Shown: positions 1 to 10,375 of the stretch, one piece after another | Layout: each line of letters starts with the position of its first letter | Numbering within the stretch: the stretch's first letter is position 1 | The notes under the pieces: generated by a model | What the model saw: the letters and a program-made list of their open reading frames with translations, nothing else | Told to the model about the DNA's origin: nothing | Database searches by the model: none | Program-made: the position numbers and the translations under genes | Origin: Gemmatimonadota bacterium | GTDB lineage: Bacteria; Gemmatimonadota; Gemmatimonadetes; Longimicrobiales; Gaopeijiaceae | Direction of reading: 5' to 3' | DNA length: 45,847 bases | NCBI GenBank assembly: GCA_039589315.1 | Contig: JBDHHQ010000030.1 | Span: 1 to 45,847 of the forward strand

Positions 1-578
1 CCGGCGGCCGCCCGGGCTGCGGTCATCGCCTGAAACGCCGCCGCGGTGGAGACGCTGACCTCCGGCACGCAAAGCAACAGGTAGGCCTCGGGAAGAGGCG
101 GGAGTGGCAGGAAGCGGTCGCCACGGCCCCACGCCAATGCCACCGGAGACGGACTCAGAAAGAAGGGTACGTCGGCACCCAGGTCGGATCCCAGGCGCGC
201 CAATCGCACGACGCCCAGCTCTCCTTCATACATCCAGTCCAGCGCTCTCAACACCGCCGCGGCGTCCGAGGAGCCGCCGCCCAGGCCGCCGGCTGCCGGG
301 ATGCGCTTCTCCAGGTGGATCCGCGCGCCCTGGGCGATGCCAGCCGCCTCCATGTACGCGAGTGCCGCCCGGTAGGCCAGGTTGTCCTCGGGCGGACAGG
401 GCGAGGGTCCGGACACCTCGAGGGTGACGCCCGCTCCCGCCGGGGTGACCTCGACGACGTCGCCGAAGTCCAGCGCCGCGAAGACGGTCTCCAGCTGATG
501 GTAGCCCGAGTCCTCCCGCGCCATGATACGCAGGCGCAGGTTCACCTTCGCCGGCGCCTCCAGACGAACGACCGTCAC
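1..578 (-). CDS. ispE: 4-diphosphocytidyl-2-C-methyl-D-erythritol kinase (3' end outside window; not in ORF track)
   Basis: Manual translation from GTG at 578 (overlapping upstream TGA 575-577): MTVVRLEAPAKVNLRLRIMAREDSGYHQLETVF...DNLAYRAA...LEKRIPAAGGLGGGSSDAAAVL; AKVNL, GYH and GHMP-kinase GLGGGSSDAA motifs. Confidence 0.95.
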   Translation of the reverse strand, partial: MTVVRLEAPAKVNLRLRIMAREDSGYHQLETVFAALDFGDVVEVTPAGAGVTLEVSGPSPCPPEDNLAYRAALAYMEAAGIAQGARIHLEKRIPAAGGLGGGSSDAAAVLRALDWMYEGELGVVRLARLGSDLGADVPFFLSPSPVALAWGRGDRFLPLPPLPEAYLLLCVPEVSVSTAAAFQAMTAARAAA

Positions 579-1684
579 GGACGCTCCGAGCGGGCCGCCC
601 CATCGAGCGGCTCGCCGCCCGGCGAAATACCCAGGGATTCCAACCTCTCCGGATGCGCCGCCTCCACCGCCTCTTCCACACGGCTTTCGGCGGAGCTCAC
701 CTCCTTCAGGGAGAGTCCGAGCCGCCACGCGTAGAAGAGCCCGAGCAGCGTCACGGGAAAGAAGCCCCCGAGATGGAATCCCACGGCATACGACAGGGCC
801 TGGCTGGCAGGCACGCCGTAGACATCCGACAGACCCACGCGGGCCGCCAGGTGCCACGTTCCGAAGAAGCCCGGCGCGCTGGGAATGGCCACGAAAAGCG
901 CTACCGACGATTGAACGAAGATGGCCGCGACGAAGCCCTCCTCGATGCCGAACGCCAGGAAGGCCACCCAGAAGCCGAACGAGTTCCACAGCCAGAGGAA
1001 GAGCGACCATGCGACGGCCTGCGCAAGGAGCCGCGGGCTCTGCAGTACTCCCAATCCCTCCAAGAACGCTTCCAGCGAATCCACGACGAGCCGGGACAGA
1101 TTCTCGGGCAGCAGCCGGGCCAGCCTCTCGGCCACCCGCACCACCCGGCGCGGCCAGATGAGCAGGACGATGAGGCCCAGGAACAGGATCGCGACTCCTA
1201 TGGCCCCCGCGCGGAGCGCGAGCGCCAGCGTGCTGCCCTCCCCGGCGGCGTCCCGGGGAAAGCCCGGCGACACGAGCACCAGTCCCGTGAGCAACAGGAT
1301 GGTCATGGCGTCGAGGAACCGCTCCACCACGAGCGTTCCGAAGGCACCGGACGCCGTCGCGGGTGTCAGCCGGCTCAGGGCGTAAGCCCTGGCGAACTCC
1401 CCGACCCGTGCAGGCAGCAGGTTGTTGGCCATGAACCCGATGTTCACGGCCGCGAAGCGTGGCTCGAAGCCCGTGCCGGGCTGGACCGGCTCCAGGAGCA
1501 CCTTCCAGCGCAGGGCCCGGATGGGATACGTCATGGTCACGATCACCACCGCGGCGAGGAGCAGCCACGGATCGGCGCGCCGGATGTCTGCGAAGATCGC
1601 CGCCGGGTCCTCACCCCGGAACACGAACCAGAGCAGGACGACGCTGACGAGGATCCCGAGGATCGCCTTCCAATCCAGCTTCAC
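575..1684 (-). CDS. Lysylphosphatidylglycerol synthase TM-domain (UPF0104) membrane protein, putative flippase
   Basis: Multiple hydrophobic helices; RALRW, GFMANNLLPARVGEFARAY, ERFLD and PSAPGFFG motifs typical of the family. Confidence 0.85.
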   Translation of the reverse strand: MKLDWKAILGILVSVVLLWFVFRGEDPAAIFADIRRADPWLLLAAVVIVTMTYPIRALRWKVLLEPVQPGTGFEPRFAAVNIGFMANNLLPARVGEFARAYALSRLTPATASGAFGTLVVERFLDAMTILLLTGLVLVSPGFPRDAAGEGSTLALALRAGAIGVAILFLGLIVLLIWPRRVVRVAERLARLLPENLSRLVVDSLEAFLEGLGVLQSPRLLAQAVAWSLFLWLWNSFGFWVAFLAFGIEEGFVAAIFVQSSVALFVAIPSAPGFFGTWHLAARVGLSDVYGVPASQALSYAVGFHLGGFFPVTLLGLFYAWRLGLSLKEVSSAESRVEEAVEAAHPERLESLGISPGGEPLDGAARSERP

Positions 1685-1733
1685 GGCGCAGCCCTGTGGT
1701 TCCGCCGGACCGGCGTGGTCGCGCGACGGGCCA

Positions 1734-2501
1734 TCAGTACCCCAGCGGCGGCAGCCACCGCCCCGGTTCGCCGACCATGGCGGGCGCCCGGCGCATCAGG
1801 TCGAGCATCTCCCGGACGGCCCGCTCCATGCCCACCAGGACGGCCCTGGATACGACGCTGTGACCGATGTTGAGCTCCTCCAGGTGGGGAAGCGCGGCCA
1901 CCGGAATCACGTTCTCGTAGGTGAGTCCGTGCCCCGCGTGCACGTGGAGCCCCCGTTCGTGGGCTGCCGCGGCCGCGGCCGCCAGGCGCCCCAACTGGTG
2001 GCCGCGGGCCTCACCGGACGCGTTGGCATACTCACCGGTGTGCAGCTCCACCGCGTGGGCTCCCACCTCGGCCGCCACCTCGATGGCGCGGTTGTCGGGG
2101 TCGATGAACAGCGAGGTGCGGATCCCGGCCTCGACCAGGCGGCCAAGAGCGGCCGCCACCGAGCCGCGGGTTTCGTCCGACGCCAGATCCAGGCCGCCTT
2201 CGGTGGTGACCTCCTGCCGTTTCTCGGGCACGAGCGTCGCCTGGACGGGCCTCAGCGAACAGGCGATGCCGACCATCTCCGGGCTCGCCGCCAGCTCCAG
2301 GTTCACGACCGTTCGCACCGTTTCCATGAGCAAGCGGACGTCCCGGTCGTTGATGTGACGCCGGTCCTCGCGCAGGTGCACCGTGATGCCGTGGGCGCCA
2401 CCCAGCTCGGCGAGCACCGCCGCCCGGACCGGGTCCGGCTCGTCGGTCCGGCGGGCCTGCCGCACGGTGGCCACGTGATCGATGTTGACGTAGAGCCTCA
2501 T
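1734..2501 (-). CDS. pdxJ: Pyridoxine 5'-phosphate synthase
   Basis: [49 protein letters not shown] motifs. Confidence 0.97.
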   Translation of the reverse strand: MRLYVNIDHVATVRQARRTDEPDPVRAAVLAELGGAHGITVHLREDRRHINDRDVRLLMETVRTVVNLELAASPEMVGIACSLRPVQATLVPEKRQEVTTEGGLDLASDETRGSVAAALGRLVEAGIRTSLFIDPDNRAIEVAAEVGAHAVELHTGEYANASGEARGHQLGRLAAAAAAAHERGLHVHAGHGLTYENVIPVAALPHLEELNIGHSVVSRAVLVGMERAVREMLDLMRRAPAMVGEPGRWLPPLGY

Positions 2502-3370
2502 CGCTCCGCCTCGAAAAGGTCCACCAGTGTCTGTGCCGTCGAATCGTCCAGCTCGGGGCCGCCCACCTCCAGGGCCGCGAGACCCACCGCGGCGTAGAGC
2601 TGCCGCTCCACCGGCTCCAGGGTCCGCAGGTGGAGCCGGACCGTCTCCACGTCACCCCGCTGGACCGGGCCGGTCAAGGAGCTCATCTCCCCGGAGCTGG
2701 AGTAGTTCCGCACCGTCCCCTCCACCAACGTCTGCAACGCCGATCGGGCTTCCGGGCCCGGGATTCCCGCCCGTTCCATGAGCTCTCGGCCGACGTCCAG
2801 CAGAACCGTGACGTAGTTGGACGCGAGCACCGCCGCCGCGTGATAGAGCGGCCGCCGGATCGCCGGCACCTCCATCCACGGCGAGCCGAGGTGGGAGAGA
2901 AGGCGGTACGCGGTGGTCCGGGCCCGCGGCTCTCCGGCCACCGCGAAGTGAGCCCCCCGGAGCAGATCTGCACCCGTCACCGGGTTCGACAGGGACTGAA
3001 GCGGGTGGAGGGAGCCCACCGAGTAGCCTCGCTCGTGAAGGGGCGCCAGGACATCGGTGCGCAGGGCGCCGGAGACGTGAAAGGCCGAACAGCCCTCCGG
3101 CGCATCGCCGAGGGCACCCAGGCGCAACGCGGTCTCCGGCACGGCGTCGTCCGGGACGGACAGGATCACGGCCGTCGTCCCGGCTTCGGGCCGTCGCAGG
3201 CCGTACACGTATCGAGCGGTGCCCTGAACGAAGAGCGGGTGCGCCGGCGGCTCCGGGCGACGGCCGGCGTACACGAGGTCGACGGCGGCCTCCTGGGACA
3301 GGGCGTACCCCAGGGAGAGGCCCACGCGACCGGGGCCCACGAAGAAGAGGCGCTCCCGATCAGGCGACAT
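2498..3370 (-). CDS. Rossmann-like / DUF2520 oxidoreductase (PanG-like ketopantoate reductase candidate)
   Basis: GPGRVG nucleotide-binding loop, [35 protein letters not shown]. Confidence 0.85.
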   Translation of the reverse strand: MSPDRERLFFVGPGRVGLSLGYALSQEAAVDLVYAGRRPEPPAHPLFVQGTARYVYGLRRPEAGTTAVILSVPDDAVPETALRLGALGDAPEGCSAFHVSGALRTDVLAPLHERGYSVGSLHPLQSLSNPVTGADLLRGAHFAVAGEPRARTTAYRLLSHLGSPWMEVPAIRRPLYHAAAVLASNYVTVLLDVGRELMERAGIPGPEARSALQTLVEGTVRNYSSSGEMSSLTGPVQRGDVETVRLHLRTLEPVERQLYAAVGLAALEVGGPELDDSTAQTLVDLFEAER

Positions 3371-4673
3371 CGAGAACGGTGACTCCCGGACGTCGTTGCA
3401 GACGGCTCACCAGTGGACCCGGTAGGCGCACCGTCACACGAACGGTCGCGCCGTTGCTCGTCCGGTCCAGCACCTCCCCTTCTCGGTAGAGGGACGCCAG
3501 CGTCTCCCCGTCACCCGCAGGCAGGTCCAGGGTGACCTCCTGGAGACGAGCTCTCATGCGCGCGCGCATCGCTGCCTTCAGCTCTTCGGCGCCGCGGGCG
3601 TCCAACGCCGAGACGAAGACGGCGGCATGGGACTCGAATGCCTGCGTGCGCTGACGGAGGGCCATTTCCTCGGTGTGTGTGAGCCGGTCGATCTTGTTGA
3701 ACACGAGGATGCACGGAAGGTCCGAGAGGCCCAGCTCGGCCAATACCTCGTCCACGACCTCGCGCTGCTCTTCGCGATCCGGATGGGACGCGTCGATCAC
3801 GTGGAGCAGAAGATCCGCCTCCCGAGCTTCTTCCAGTGTCGACCGGAACGAGGCGATCAGGTGATGGGGCAGCTTCCGGATGAAGCCCACCGTGTCGGTC
3901 ATCAACGCATCGAAGCCGCTGCCGAGGTCCACGCTGCGCGTCGCCGAGTCCAGCGTGGCGAAGAGGCGATCTTCGACGAAGAGGTCCGCTCCCGACAGGG
4001 CCCGCAGCAGCGATGACTTGCCCGCGTTCGTGTACCCCACCAGCGCAGCCCGGTACTGGCCTCTGCGCCCCTTCCGCTGGGTAGCCCGGGAGCGGGCCAC
4101 GCCGGCCAGCTTCTTCTTGAGGTCCGCGATGCGCAGCCCGATCAGGCGGCGGTCGGTCTCGAGCTGCGTCTCGCCAGGACCACGGAGCCCGATCCCTCCG
4201 CGGATTCTCGAAAGGTGATTCCACATCCGGGTCAATCGCGGAAGCAGGTATTCGAGCTGCGCCAGCTCGACCTGCATCTTGGCCTCGTGGGTCCGTGCGC
4301 GGGTGGCGAAGATATCCAGGATCAGCTCGGGGCGATCCATGACCCGGACACCCACAGCCTTTTCCAGGTTGGTGCCCTGTCGGGGCGAAAGCTCCTCGTC
4401 GATGATGACCAGCGACGCCCCGGACGATTCGACCGTGGCCCGGAGCTCGTCGGCTTTGCCGCTGCCGATGTAGAGCGACGGGTTGGGCGCGTTGATCCGT
4501 TGCCGGACCACGGCCGCGACCTCGCCTCCAGCCGTATCGGTGAGCCTCGCGAGCTCCGTCAGGTGCTCTTCGGCGAGCCTGGGGTCGATGTCCTTGGTGG
4601 GCGCCCCGACGAGAACCACACGGTCGATGGGTGCCTCGTTGTCCAAAAGCTGCGTTGGAATCGTCTCCTCCAC
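3360..4673 (-). CDS. hflX: Ribosome-splitting GTPase HflX
   Basis: RGPGETQLE, GYTNAGKS (G1), LFATLD, DTVGFI (G3), NKID (G4). Confidence 0.97.
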   Translation of the reverse strand: MEETIPTQLLDNEAPIDRVVLVGAPTKDIDPRLAEEHLTELARLTDTAGGEVAAVVRQRINAPNPSLYIGSGKADELRATVESSGASLVIIDEELSPRQGTNLEKAVGVRVMDRPELILDIFATRARTHEAKMQVELAQLEYLLPRLTRMWNHLSRIRGGIGLRGPGETQLETDRRLIGLRIADLKKKLAGVARSRATQRKGRRGQYRAALVGYTNAGKSSLLRALSGADLFVEDRLFATLDSATRSVDLGSGFDALMTDTVGFIRKLPHHLIASFRSTLEEAREADLLLHVIDASHPDREEQREVVDEVLAELGLSDLPCILVFNKIDRLTHTEEMALRQRTQAFESHAAVFVSALDARGAEELKAAMRARMRARLQEVTLDLPAGDGETLASLYREGEVLDRTSNGATVRVTVRLPGPLVSRLQRRPGVTVLDVA

Positions 4674-4690
4674 GCTGGTGTCATGCCCTC

Positions 4691-6172
4691 CTAAACCCCC
4701 ATGTCGTCCTGGGTTTCCCCTCTGTCCGCAGAGGCGGGTCCATCATCGACCCGATCCGGGGCGGCCGGGGTGGACGAGCTCCCGCTTCCGGCTTCGGCCT
4801 TCTTCCTCGCCCACCACTCGAGCCGCTTCGCCACTTCCTTCTCGAAGCCGAACGGTCCGGGCTCGTAGAAACGGGCACCGGCTAGAGCCTCGGGCAGGTA
4901 CGCTTGCGGTGCGATCCCTTCCTCCTCGTCGTGGTCGTACCGGTACTCCCGCCCGTAGCCCAGCTCCTTCATGAGTGACGTCGGGGCGTTCCTGATGTGA
5001 AGGGGAACCGGCGCCGACGGGGTCTCTTGCGCGGCTCTGCGGGCCTCCGTCCACGCCCGATATACCCGGTTTGACTTCGGTGCCGTGGCCAGGTAGACCA
5101 CCGCCTCGGCCAGCGCCAGCTCGCCCTCCGGCGTGCCCAGGAAGTGGTAGGCGTCCCGGGCGGCCACAGCGACGCGGAGCGCGGCGGGATCTGCCAGCCC
5201 CACGTCTTCGGAAGCCATCCGGACCAACCGACGAGCCAGGTAGAGGGGGTCCTCGCCGCCCTCGACCATCCGGGCGAGCCAATACAGGGCCGCGTCGGGA
5301 TCGCTCCCCCGCACGGCCTTGTGCAGCGCCGAGATGGTGTTGAAATGCTCCTCCCCGCTCTTGTCGTAGATCGCGAACCGACTGTGCAGCGCCTGGCTGA
5401 CGCCCTCGAGCCCGATGACGCCGCCGTCTTCGAGGAGGCCGGCAGCTGCGTCGAGGATCCCCAGGGCCCGCCGAGCGTCGCCGTCGGCGGACAGGGCGAG
5501 GAACTCGAGGGCCTCGGCGGTCAGGGTGAGACGGCGGGACCCCAGGCCCCGCTCCGGGTCCGTCAGAGCGCGGTTCAGGATGCGCGAGATCGCTTCCGGT
5601 GCGAGGGGCTCCAGGACCAGGACCGGGGCGCGGGAGAGAAGCGGCCGAATCACCTCGAAGCTGGGGTTCTCCGTGGTGGCGCCGATCAACACGATGGTGC
5701 CGTCCTCCACGTGGGGGAGGAAGGCATCCTGCTGGGCCTTGTTGAATCGATGGATCTCGTCGCAGAAGAGGATGGTCCGGCGGCCGGTGGCGCGCTTTCG
5801 CTCCCGGGCCTCCCCGATGATCTCCCGGACGCGAGGGACGCCGCCGGTGACAGCGGAGAAGGCGACGAATGCCGCTTCGGTCCCGCCCGCCAACAGACGC
5901 GCCAGCGTGGTCTTTCCGCTGCCAGGCGGTCCCCAGAAGATCATGCTGGACAGCGTCCCGGCCTCCAGCTGGGCACGCAGAGGCTTCCCCGCTCCCAGCA
6001 GCTCCTCCTGCCCCTCGAACTCGTCCAGGGTCATGGGCCGCATCCGGGCAGCGAGAGGGGCCGACGACTCGGAAGGCGACGGGTCGTCGCCACCGGCCGG
6101 ATCGGTAGTGCCCCTCGCCGGGCGCGAGGACAAGCCCGGCACGTCGCCGCCGAAGAGGTCCAGCTCACTCAT
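4691..6172 (-). CDS. rarA: Replication-associated recombination protein A (AAA+ ATPase MgsA/RarA)
   Basis: [48 protein letters not shown]. Start placed at ATG 6172, which overlaps the cca stop (ATGA), not the track's 6424. Confidence 0.95.
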   Translation of the reverse strand: MSELDLFGGDVPGLSSRPARGTTDPAGGDDPSPSESSAPLAARMRPMTLDEFEGQEELLGAGKPLRAQLEAGTLSSMIFWGPPGSGKTTLARLLAGGTEAAFVAFSAVTGGVPRVREIIGEARERKRATGRRTILFCDEIHRFNKAQQDAFLPHVEDGTIVLIGATTENPSFEVIRPLLSRAPVLVLEPLAPEAISRILNRALTDPERGLGSRRLTLTAEALEFLALSADGDARRALGILDAAAGLLEDGGVIGLEGVSQALHSRFAIYDKSGEEHFNTISALHKAVRGSDPDAALYWLARMVEGGEDPLYLARRLVRMASEDVGLADPAALRVAVAARDAYHFLGTPEGELALAEAVVYLATAPKSNRVYRAWTEARRAAQETPSAPVPLHIRNAPTSLMKELGYGREYRYDHDEEEGIAPQAYLPEALAGARFYEPGPFGFEKEVAKRLEWWARKKAEAGSGSSSTPAAPDRVDDGPASADRGETQDDMGV

Positions 6173-7491
6173 ACGCCCACCTGGCCATCCGCGCCGCCAG
6201 GCATTGACGACTCGTCCTCGGCGAGCTCCAACGCCATGACCCGCAGACGATCCGCGGTGTTGACGGAGGGATCGGCGAGGGCCCGGTCCAGCAGGGTGTC
6301 CAGAATTCGGCCGAAAGCGGGCCCCGGACGGAGACCGAGGCCGATGAGCTCTCGGCCGCCGATGGCCAGCGCGTCCACGGAGAGGGGCACGCCGCGTTGG
6401 AGTTGGCGCCGTGAGGATCTCCACACCGCCGGCAGGCCCGGCTCTCCCTGGGACCCGCCCCGCGCGGCGCGTACGCGTGCCCGTGCGGCCTCCACCCGGG
6501 TCCAGTCGGGCAGCCGGTGGGGCCCGATGCGGGCGAGCCAGCGGCGCACGGTTTCGGCGTCCGTGGTGCTGGGGCCGGTCTCCAGGGCGTTTACGAGCTC
6601 ACTCACGTCGCGCGCCTCGGCGTTGGAGAACCGGAGCCGGAGCAGGACCTGTGCAGCGTCCCGCCGGCCCACGCCCTGGAGCACGGCGGCGAGGCGAAGC
6701 AGGGGCCGCGAGGAGGGGAGCACGTCCGCCGCCAGCAAGCCGACTGTCCAGGGGTCCTCCGGGTCCGGCCCGGCGGCGTCGAGCTTCCGCGCCAGCTCCG
6801 GTACGAGGATGGACAGTGCCCCGCAGGCTGCGAGCAGGCTCAGGGCTCCCGAGGGCCGCGGATCGAGGGTCAAGATCTTCATGAGCTCGTCCCGGATCCG
6901 CTCGGCGGAGAGGCGTGGCAGGTGTGCGACCGCTTGGCACAGCGCCCGCCACGTGGCGGGATCGGCTTCCAGGCGGTAGCGACCCGCGAACCGGAGAGCC
7001 CGGAGCACCCGGAGGTAGTCCTCGGCAAACCGATCCACCGGATCCCCCACGGTCCTCAGCCGCCCCCGCTCCAGGTCCTCCAATCCCTCGTAGGGGTCCT
7101 TGAGCTCCTCGCGAAGGGGGTGCCAGGCCATGGCGTTGATGGTGAAGTCACGGCGCGCCAGATCGTCATCGATGTGATCCGCGAACTCTACGACGGCGCG
7201 GCGGCCGAAGGTCTCGACGTCGCGCCGAAAGGTGGTCACCTCGTACAGGGTCCCGTCCCGGGCCAGAATCCCCACGGTGCCGTGATCGACACCGATGGGG
7301 ACGGTCCTCCTGAACAGCTCGCGAACACGGCCCGGCCGGGCCCCGGTGGCCAGATCCCAGTCCTCGTGCTCGATGCCGAGGACCGCGTCACGGATCGCCC
7401 CACCGACGGCCCAGGTCTCATAGCCGGCGGATTCCAGGGTCCGGACGATCCACCGCACCGCAGGGGGCGTCGAAGGCTTCGCGAAGGTCAC
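6169..7491 (-). CDS. cca: CCA tRNA nucleotidyltransferase (class II)
   Basis: VGGAIRD, DWD metal-binding motif, [30 protein letters not shown]. Confidence 0.9.
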   Translation of the reverse strand: MTFAKPSTPPAVRWIVRTLESAGYETWAVGGAIRDAVLGIEHEDWDLATGARPGRVRELFRRTVPIGVDHGTVGILARDGTLYEVTTFRRDVETFGRRAVVEFADHIDDDLARRDFTINAMAWHPLREELKDPYEGLEDLERGRLRTVGDPVDRFAEDYLRVLRALRFAGRYRLEADPATWRALCQAVAHLPRLSAERIRDELMKILTLDPRPSGALSLLAACGALSILVPELARKLDAAGPDPEDPWTVGLLAADVLPSSRPLLRLAAVLQGVGRRDAAQVLLRLRFSNAEARDVSELVNALETGPSTTDAETVRRWLARIGPHRLPDWTRVEAARARVRAARGGSQGEPGLPAVWRSSRRQLQRGVPLSVDALAIGGRELIGLGLRPGPAFGRILDTLLDRALADPSVNTADRLRVMALELAEDESSMPGGADGQVGV

Positions 7492-8243
7492 CCCACCAGC
7501 ACCGACCCGCCGTTGACGTTGAGGATCTCGCCGGTCACGTGCCGGGCCAGCGGCGAGCAGAGGAAGAGGATCGGACCCGCGACGTCCTCGGCGGTGGCCA
7601 CGAACCCCAGGGGAATCGCCGTTTCGATCTCCGCGAGACGTCCCGATCCCAGGGCGTCAGCCGACATCTCCGTGTCGACCCACCCGGGCGCGACTGCGTT
7701 GACCGTGATTCTCCGTCCCCCGACTTCGACGCACAATCCCTTGACCATGGAGATCAACGCTCCTTTGGTCGCCGCGTAGTCCGCGTGAAACGCCTCTCCC
7801 CGCTGACCCGCAGTGGAGCTTACCAGCACCACCGCCCCATCGTCGCGCATACGGGCGAGCGCCGCGCGGGTGGTGTAGAAGACGGAGTCGAGGTTCGTCC
7901 CGATCGTACGGTGCCACTGGTCGTCGGTCATGTCCACCAGCGCCACGTCGTCCTTCGGCCAGATCGCGGCGTTGGCCACGAACAGGTCGAGGCCACCGAA
8001 TTCCCGGTCCACGCGCTCGAACAGCCGATCCGCGTCGGCGCGGACGGACAGATCCCCGGGCTCGGCCCACGCGTGGACGCCCTTCGCCTGCAGCTCGGCC
8101 ACCACCGTCCTGGCGTCGTCTGCGCGGGACCGGTAGCCGATCCCCACCGAAGCGCCCGCCCCGGCCAGGAGACGGGCCGCGGCCGCGCCGATGCCCCGCG
8201 AGCCCCCCGTAACGACGGCCGTCTTTCCCTTCAGGTCGATCAC
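7488..8243 (-). CDS. Short-chain dehydrogenase/reductase (FabG-like)
   Basis: TGGSRGIG, YAATK catalytic motif, NAVAPGWVDT. Start placed at GTG 8243 after a GAGAGG RBS. Confidence 0.9.
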   Translation of the reverse strand: MIDLKGKTAVVTGGSRGIGAAAARLLAGAGASVGIGYRSRADDARTVVAELQAKGVHAWAEPGDLSVRADADRLFERVDREFGGLDLFVANAAIWPKDDVALVDMTDDQWHRTIGTNLDSVFYTTRAALARMRDDGAVVLVSSTAGQRGEAFHADYAATKGALISMVKGLCVEVGGRRITVNAVAPGWVDTEMSADALGSGRLAEIETAIPLGFVATAEDVAGPILFLCSPLARHVTGEILNVNGGSVLVG

Positions 8244-8275
8244 ATGTACCTCTCGCTTCACGTTCGCCGCCTCGG

Positions 8276-8692
8276 TCAGGCGGGCATCCACTTCCCGCCC
8301 AGGACGTCCCGATGACGGCGCTCGGACTCCAGAATCTCCTCGAAGAGCGCCCGTGTGTCCGGATCGAGCCCGCCAGTCAGCAGCGCCTCGTACCACTCCA
8401 CCTCGCCTGCTTCCCGGGTCCGGGCCACCGACTCCCAGCCTTCCAGCTTGATCTCACGGGCAACGCCCGCGGGCAGCTCCGCCGGCTGCCCGCCCAACTC
8501 CAACAGTCGAGCCGTCAGGCGCGACAGGTGGTGCTGCTCGTCGGCGTGCAGCTCGTTGAGCCGCTCGGCGTCCCGTTCCTGTCCCTGGAGCTCGGCCTCG
8601 GCGGCCAGGGCACGGTAGAACCTGGTCTGGGCGCGCTCCCGCTTACGGCAGAGCTCGAGGACTGACACGATGTCGGGCGCGTCGCGCGTCAC
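8276..8692 (-). CDS. Ferritin-like / rubrerythrin-type diiron-domain protein
   Basis: Repeated E...Y...ExxH pattern (ERAQTRFY..DEQHH; EAGEVEWY..SERRH). Confidence 0.75.
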   Translation of the reverse strand: MTRDAPDIVSVLELCRKRERAQTRFYRALAAEAELQGQERDAERLNELHADEQHHLSRLTARLLELGGQPAELPAGVAREIKLEGWESVARTREAGEVEWYEALLTGGLDPDTRALFEEILESERRHRDVLGGKWMPA

Positions 8693-9273
8693 GCTTCACT
8701 CCCGGTCCATGCGCGGTCCACGATTTCGCAGATGAGGTGCCCGAGCGCCAGGTGGATCTCCTGCGCTCGGGCGGTCTGCTCCGTCGGCACGACCACGGCG
8801 TGATCGACCCGTTCCTGGAGGCGCCCTCCCCCCTTCGCCAGAAGGGCGATCGTCTGGACCCCACGAGCGCGGGCGGCGTCCGCGGCCCGGATCAGGTTGG
8901 CCGACTCGCCGCTGGTCGAGTGGAGGAATAGGACGTCGCCCGTGCGACCAAGGGCCTCGATCTGGCGGGAGAAGACCGTCTCGAATCCGTGATCGTTCGA
9001 GGCCGCCGTGAGGATCGAGGAGTCCGTGGTGAGCGCCATGGCCGGGAGAGCCTCCCGATCCCCCCCGAAGCGCACCACGTACTCCGCGGCCAGATGTTGG
9101 GCGTCGGCCGCCGAGCCGCCGTTCCCGCAGAAGAACAGACGGCCGCCGCTCCGAAGCGCACCGAGCGTGACGCGGGCCACGGCCTCGATGTCATCGGATC
9201 GCTCGCGGGCCACCTCCTCCGCCAGTCGGGCCAGCTCCTGAAGCCCCGCTCGAATCGAGTCGCTCGCCCTCAT
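8689..9273 (-). CDS. gmhA: Phosphoheptose (D-sedoheptulose-7-phosphate) isomerase, SIS domain
   Basis: CGNGGSAADAQH, NDHGFETVFSRQ, STSG, AQEIH. Start ATG 9273 overlaps upstream stop. Confidence 0.92.
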   Translation of the reverse strand: MRASDSIRAGLQELARLAEEVARERSDDIEAVARVTLGALRSGGRLFFCGNGGSAADAQHLAAEYVVRFGGDREALPAMALTTDSSILTAASNDHGFETVFSRQIEALGRTGDVLFLHSTSGESANLIRAADAARARGVQTIALLAKGGGRLQERVDHAVVVPTEQTARAQEIHLALGHLICEIVDRAWTGSEA

Positions 9274-10085
9274 TCGGTCCTCAGAAGGCCTTTCAGTCGT
9301 GACCAGAGCCGCCGCTGCGGCCGCAACGGCGGGACCGGAAGCGGGTCCTTGCCCTCCGCGATCCGGCCCGTGTTCGTCACGGCCAGCAGGTCGAACTGCT
9401 CCACGGCATCCCGTTCCTCGAACAGGGCCTGGGCCCGGGACACGTGAAGCTCCAGGTGGGGGCGGCCGTGGAAGTCGGTGGAGAGGCAGTCCACGCAACC
9501 GGCGATCAACAGACGGAACGCCAGACTGCGCGGTCCGGCTCCGTAGCGGCCCACCAGAGACCCGTAGTTCACCTGGAGGATCGCGCCTTCCTGACGCCAG
9601 ATCTCCGCCAGTCGAAAGCGCTCCGCCATGCCCCGGTACCTCTCCGGGTGGGCGATGACGGGCCGCACGCCCGTCGCTCGCAACCGGGCCACGGCGTCGA
9701 CAGTTCCGGGGGGCAACATGAGACGCGGCCACTCCACGAGCACGAAGCTGGTGTCTGCGAGACGTAGCCGTGGGTCCGACAGATCCGGATCCGGAACGTC
9801 GAGCATCACCTCGTGCCCCCGCTCGAGCACCAGGTCCGGCAGCCGTTCCCGAGCGGCGACCGCGAGCTCCCGGAACGCGATATCCACCGCCGCCAGGGTC
9901 GGCCCGACGGCCCCGGGCGTTCGGGTGAGGCTCCCGTCGAGGTGAGGCGTCGTGATCACGCGTCCGATCCCGGCCTCCCACATCCGGGTCAGGCCCTCGA
10001 GGGAGTCGTCGATGGACCTGGAGCCATCGTCCACCGCGGGGACGAGATGGCTGTGAAGATCGACGAGCCGGGGTCCTCCGGCCAC
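9270..10085 (-). CDS. CpsB/CapC/YwqE-family PHP-fold protein-tyrosine phosphatase
   Basis: DLHSHLVPAVDDGS, TTPH, LVEW, IAHPERY, TDFH metal-binding motifs. Confidence 0.9.
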   Translation of the reverse strand: MAGGPRLVDLHSHLVPAVDDGSRSIDDSLEGLTRMWEAGIGRVITTPHLDGSLTRTPGAVGPTLAAVDIAFRELAVAARERLPDLVLERGHEVMLDVPDPDLSDPRLRLADTSFVLVEWPRLMLPPGTVDAVARLRATGVRPVIAHPERYRGMAERFRLAEIWRQEGAILQVNYGSLVGRYGAGPRSLAFRLLIAGCVDCLSTDFHGRPHLELHVSRAQALFEERDAVEQFDLLAVTNTGRIAEGKDPLPVPPLRPQRRLWSRLKGLLRTE

Positions 10086-10375
10086 TACGCTCCCGCCCTC
10101 GCGCTGTCGAGGACCTGCCGCAGAGCGGCCTCCACGTCCTCTTCTTCGGCAGCGGCCTCACAGGCGTACGTGAACAGCGCATCGGCGCCCAGCAGGAGAA
10201 AGGCCGCGTCCCGTCGACGGCCTGGACGACACACTGCCCCATCCAACGCCCTCCTGGCCTCCCCGGCGAGGAGGCCGACCAGCGAGCCGCGTCCCGTCGG
10301 GACGGCAAGGTGCTCCAGGAGCTCCCCGGGGGGGGACGGCTCCCGGGCGGCCAGCCACTCCTGGACGCGGCTCAT
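10085..10375 (-). CDS. Small hypothetical protein
   Basis: Fills the gap exactly, overlapping both neighbours; helical sequence containing LLGADALFTYACE. Confidence 0.7.
   Translation of the reverse strand: MSRVQEWLAAREPSPPGELLEHLAVPTGRGSLVGLLAGEARRALDGAVCRPGRRRDAAFLLLGADALFTYACEAAAEEEDVEAALRQVLDSARAGA

Noticed and set aside
7786..7812. Third ECF-like site TGAAAC-N17-CGCA
   Set aside because: Mismatch in the -10 box and antisense inside the SDR gene
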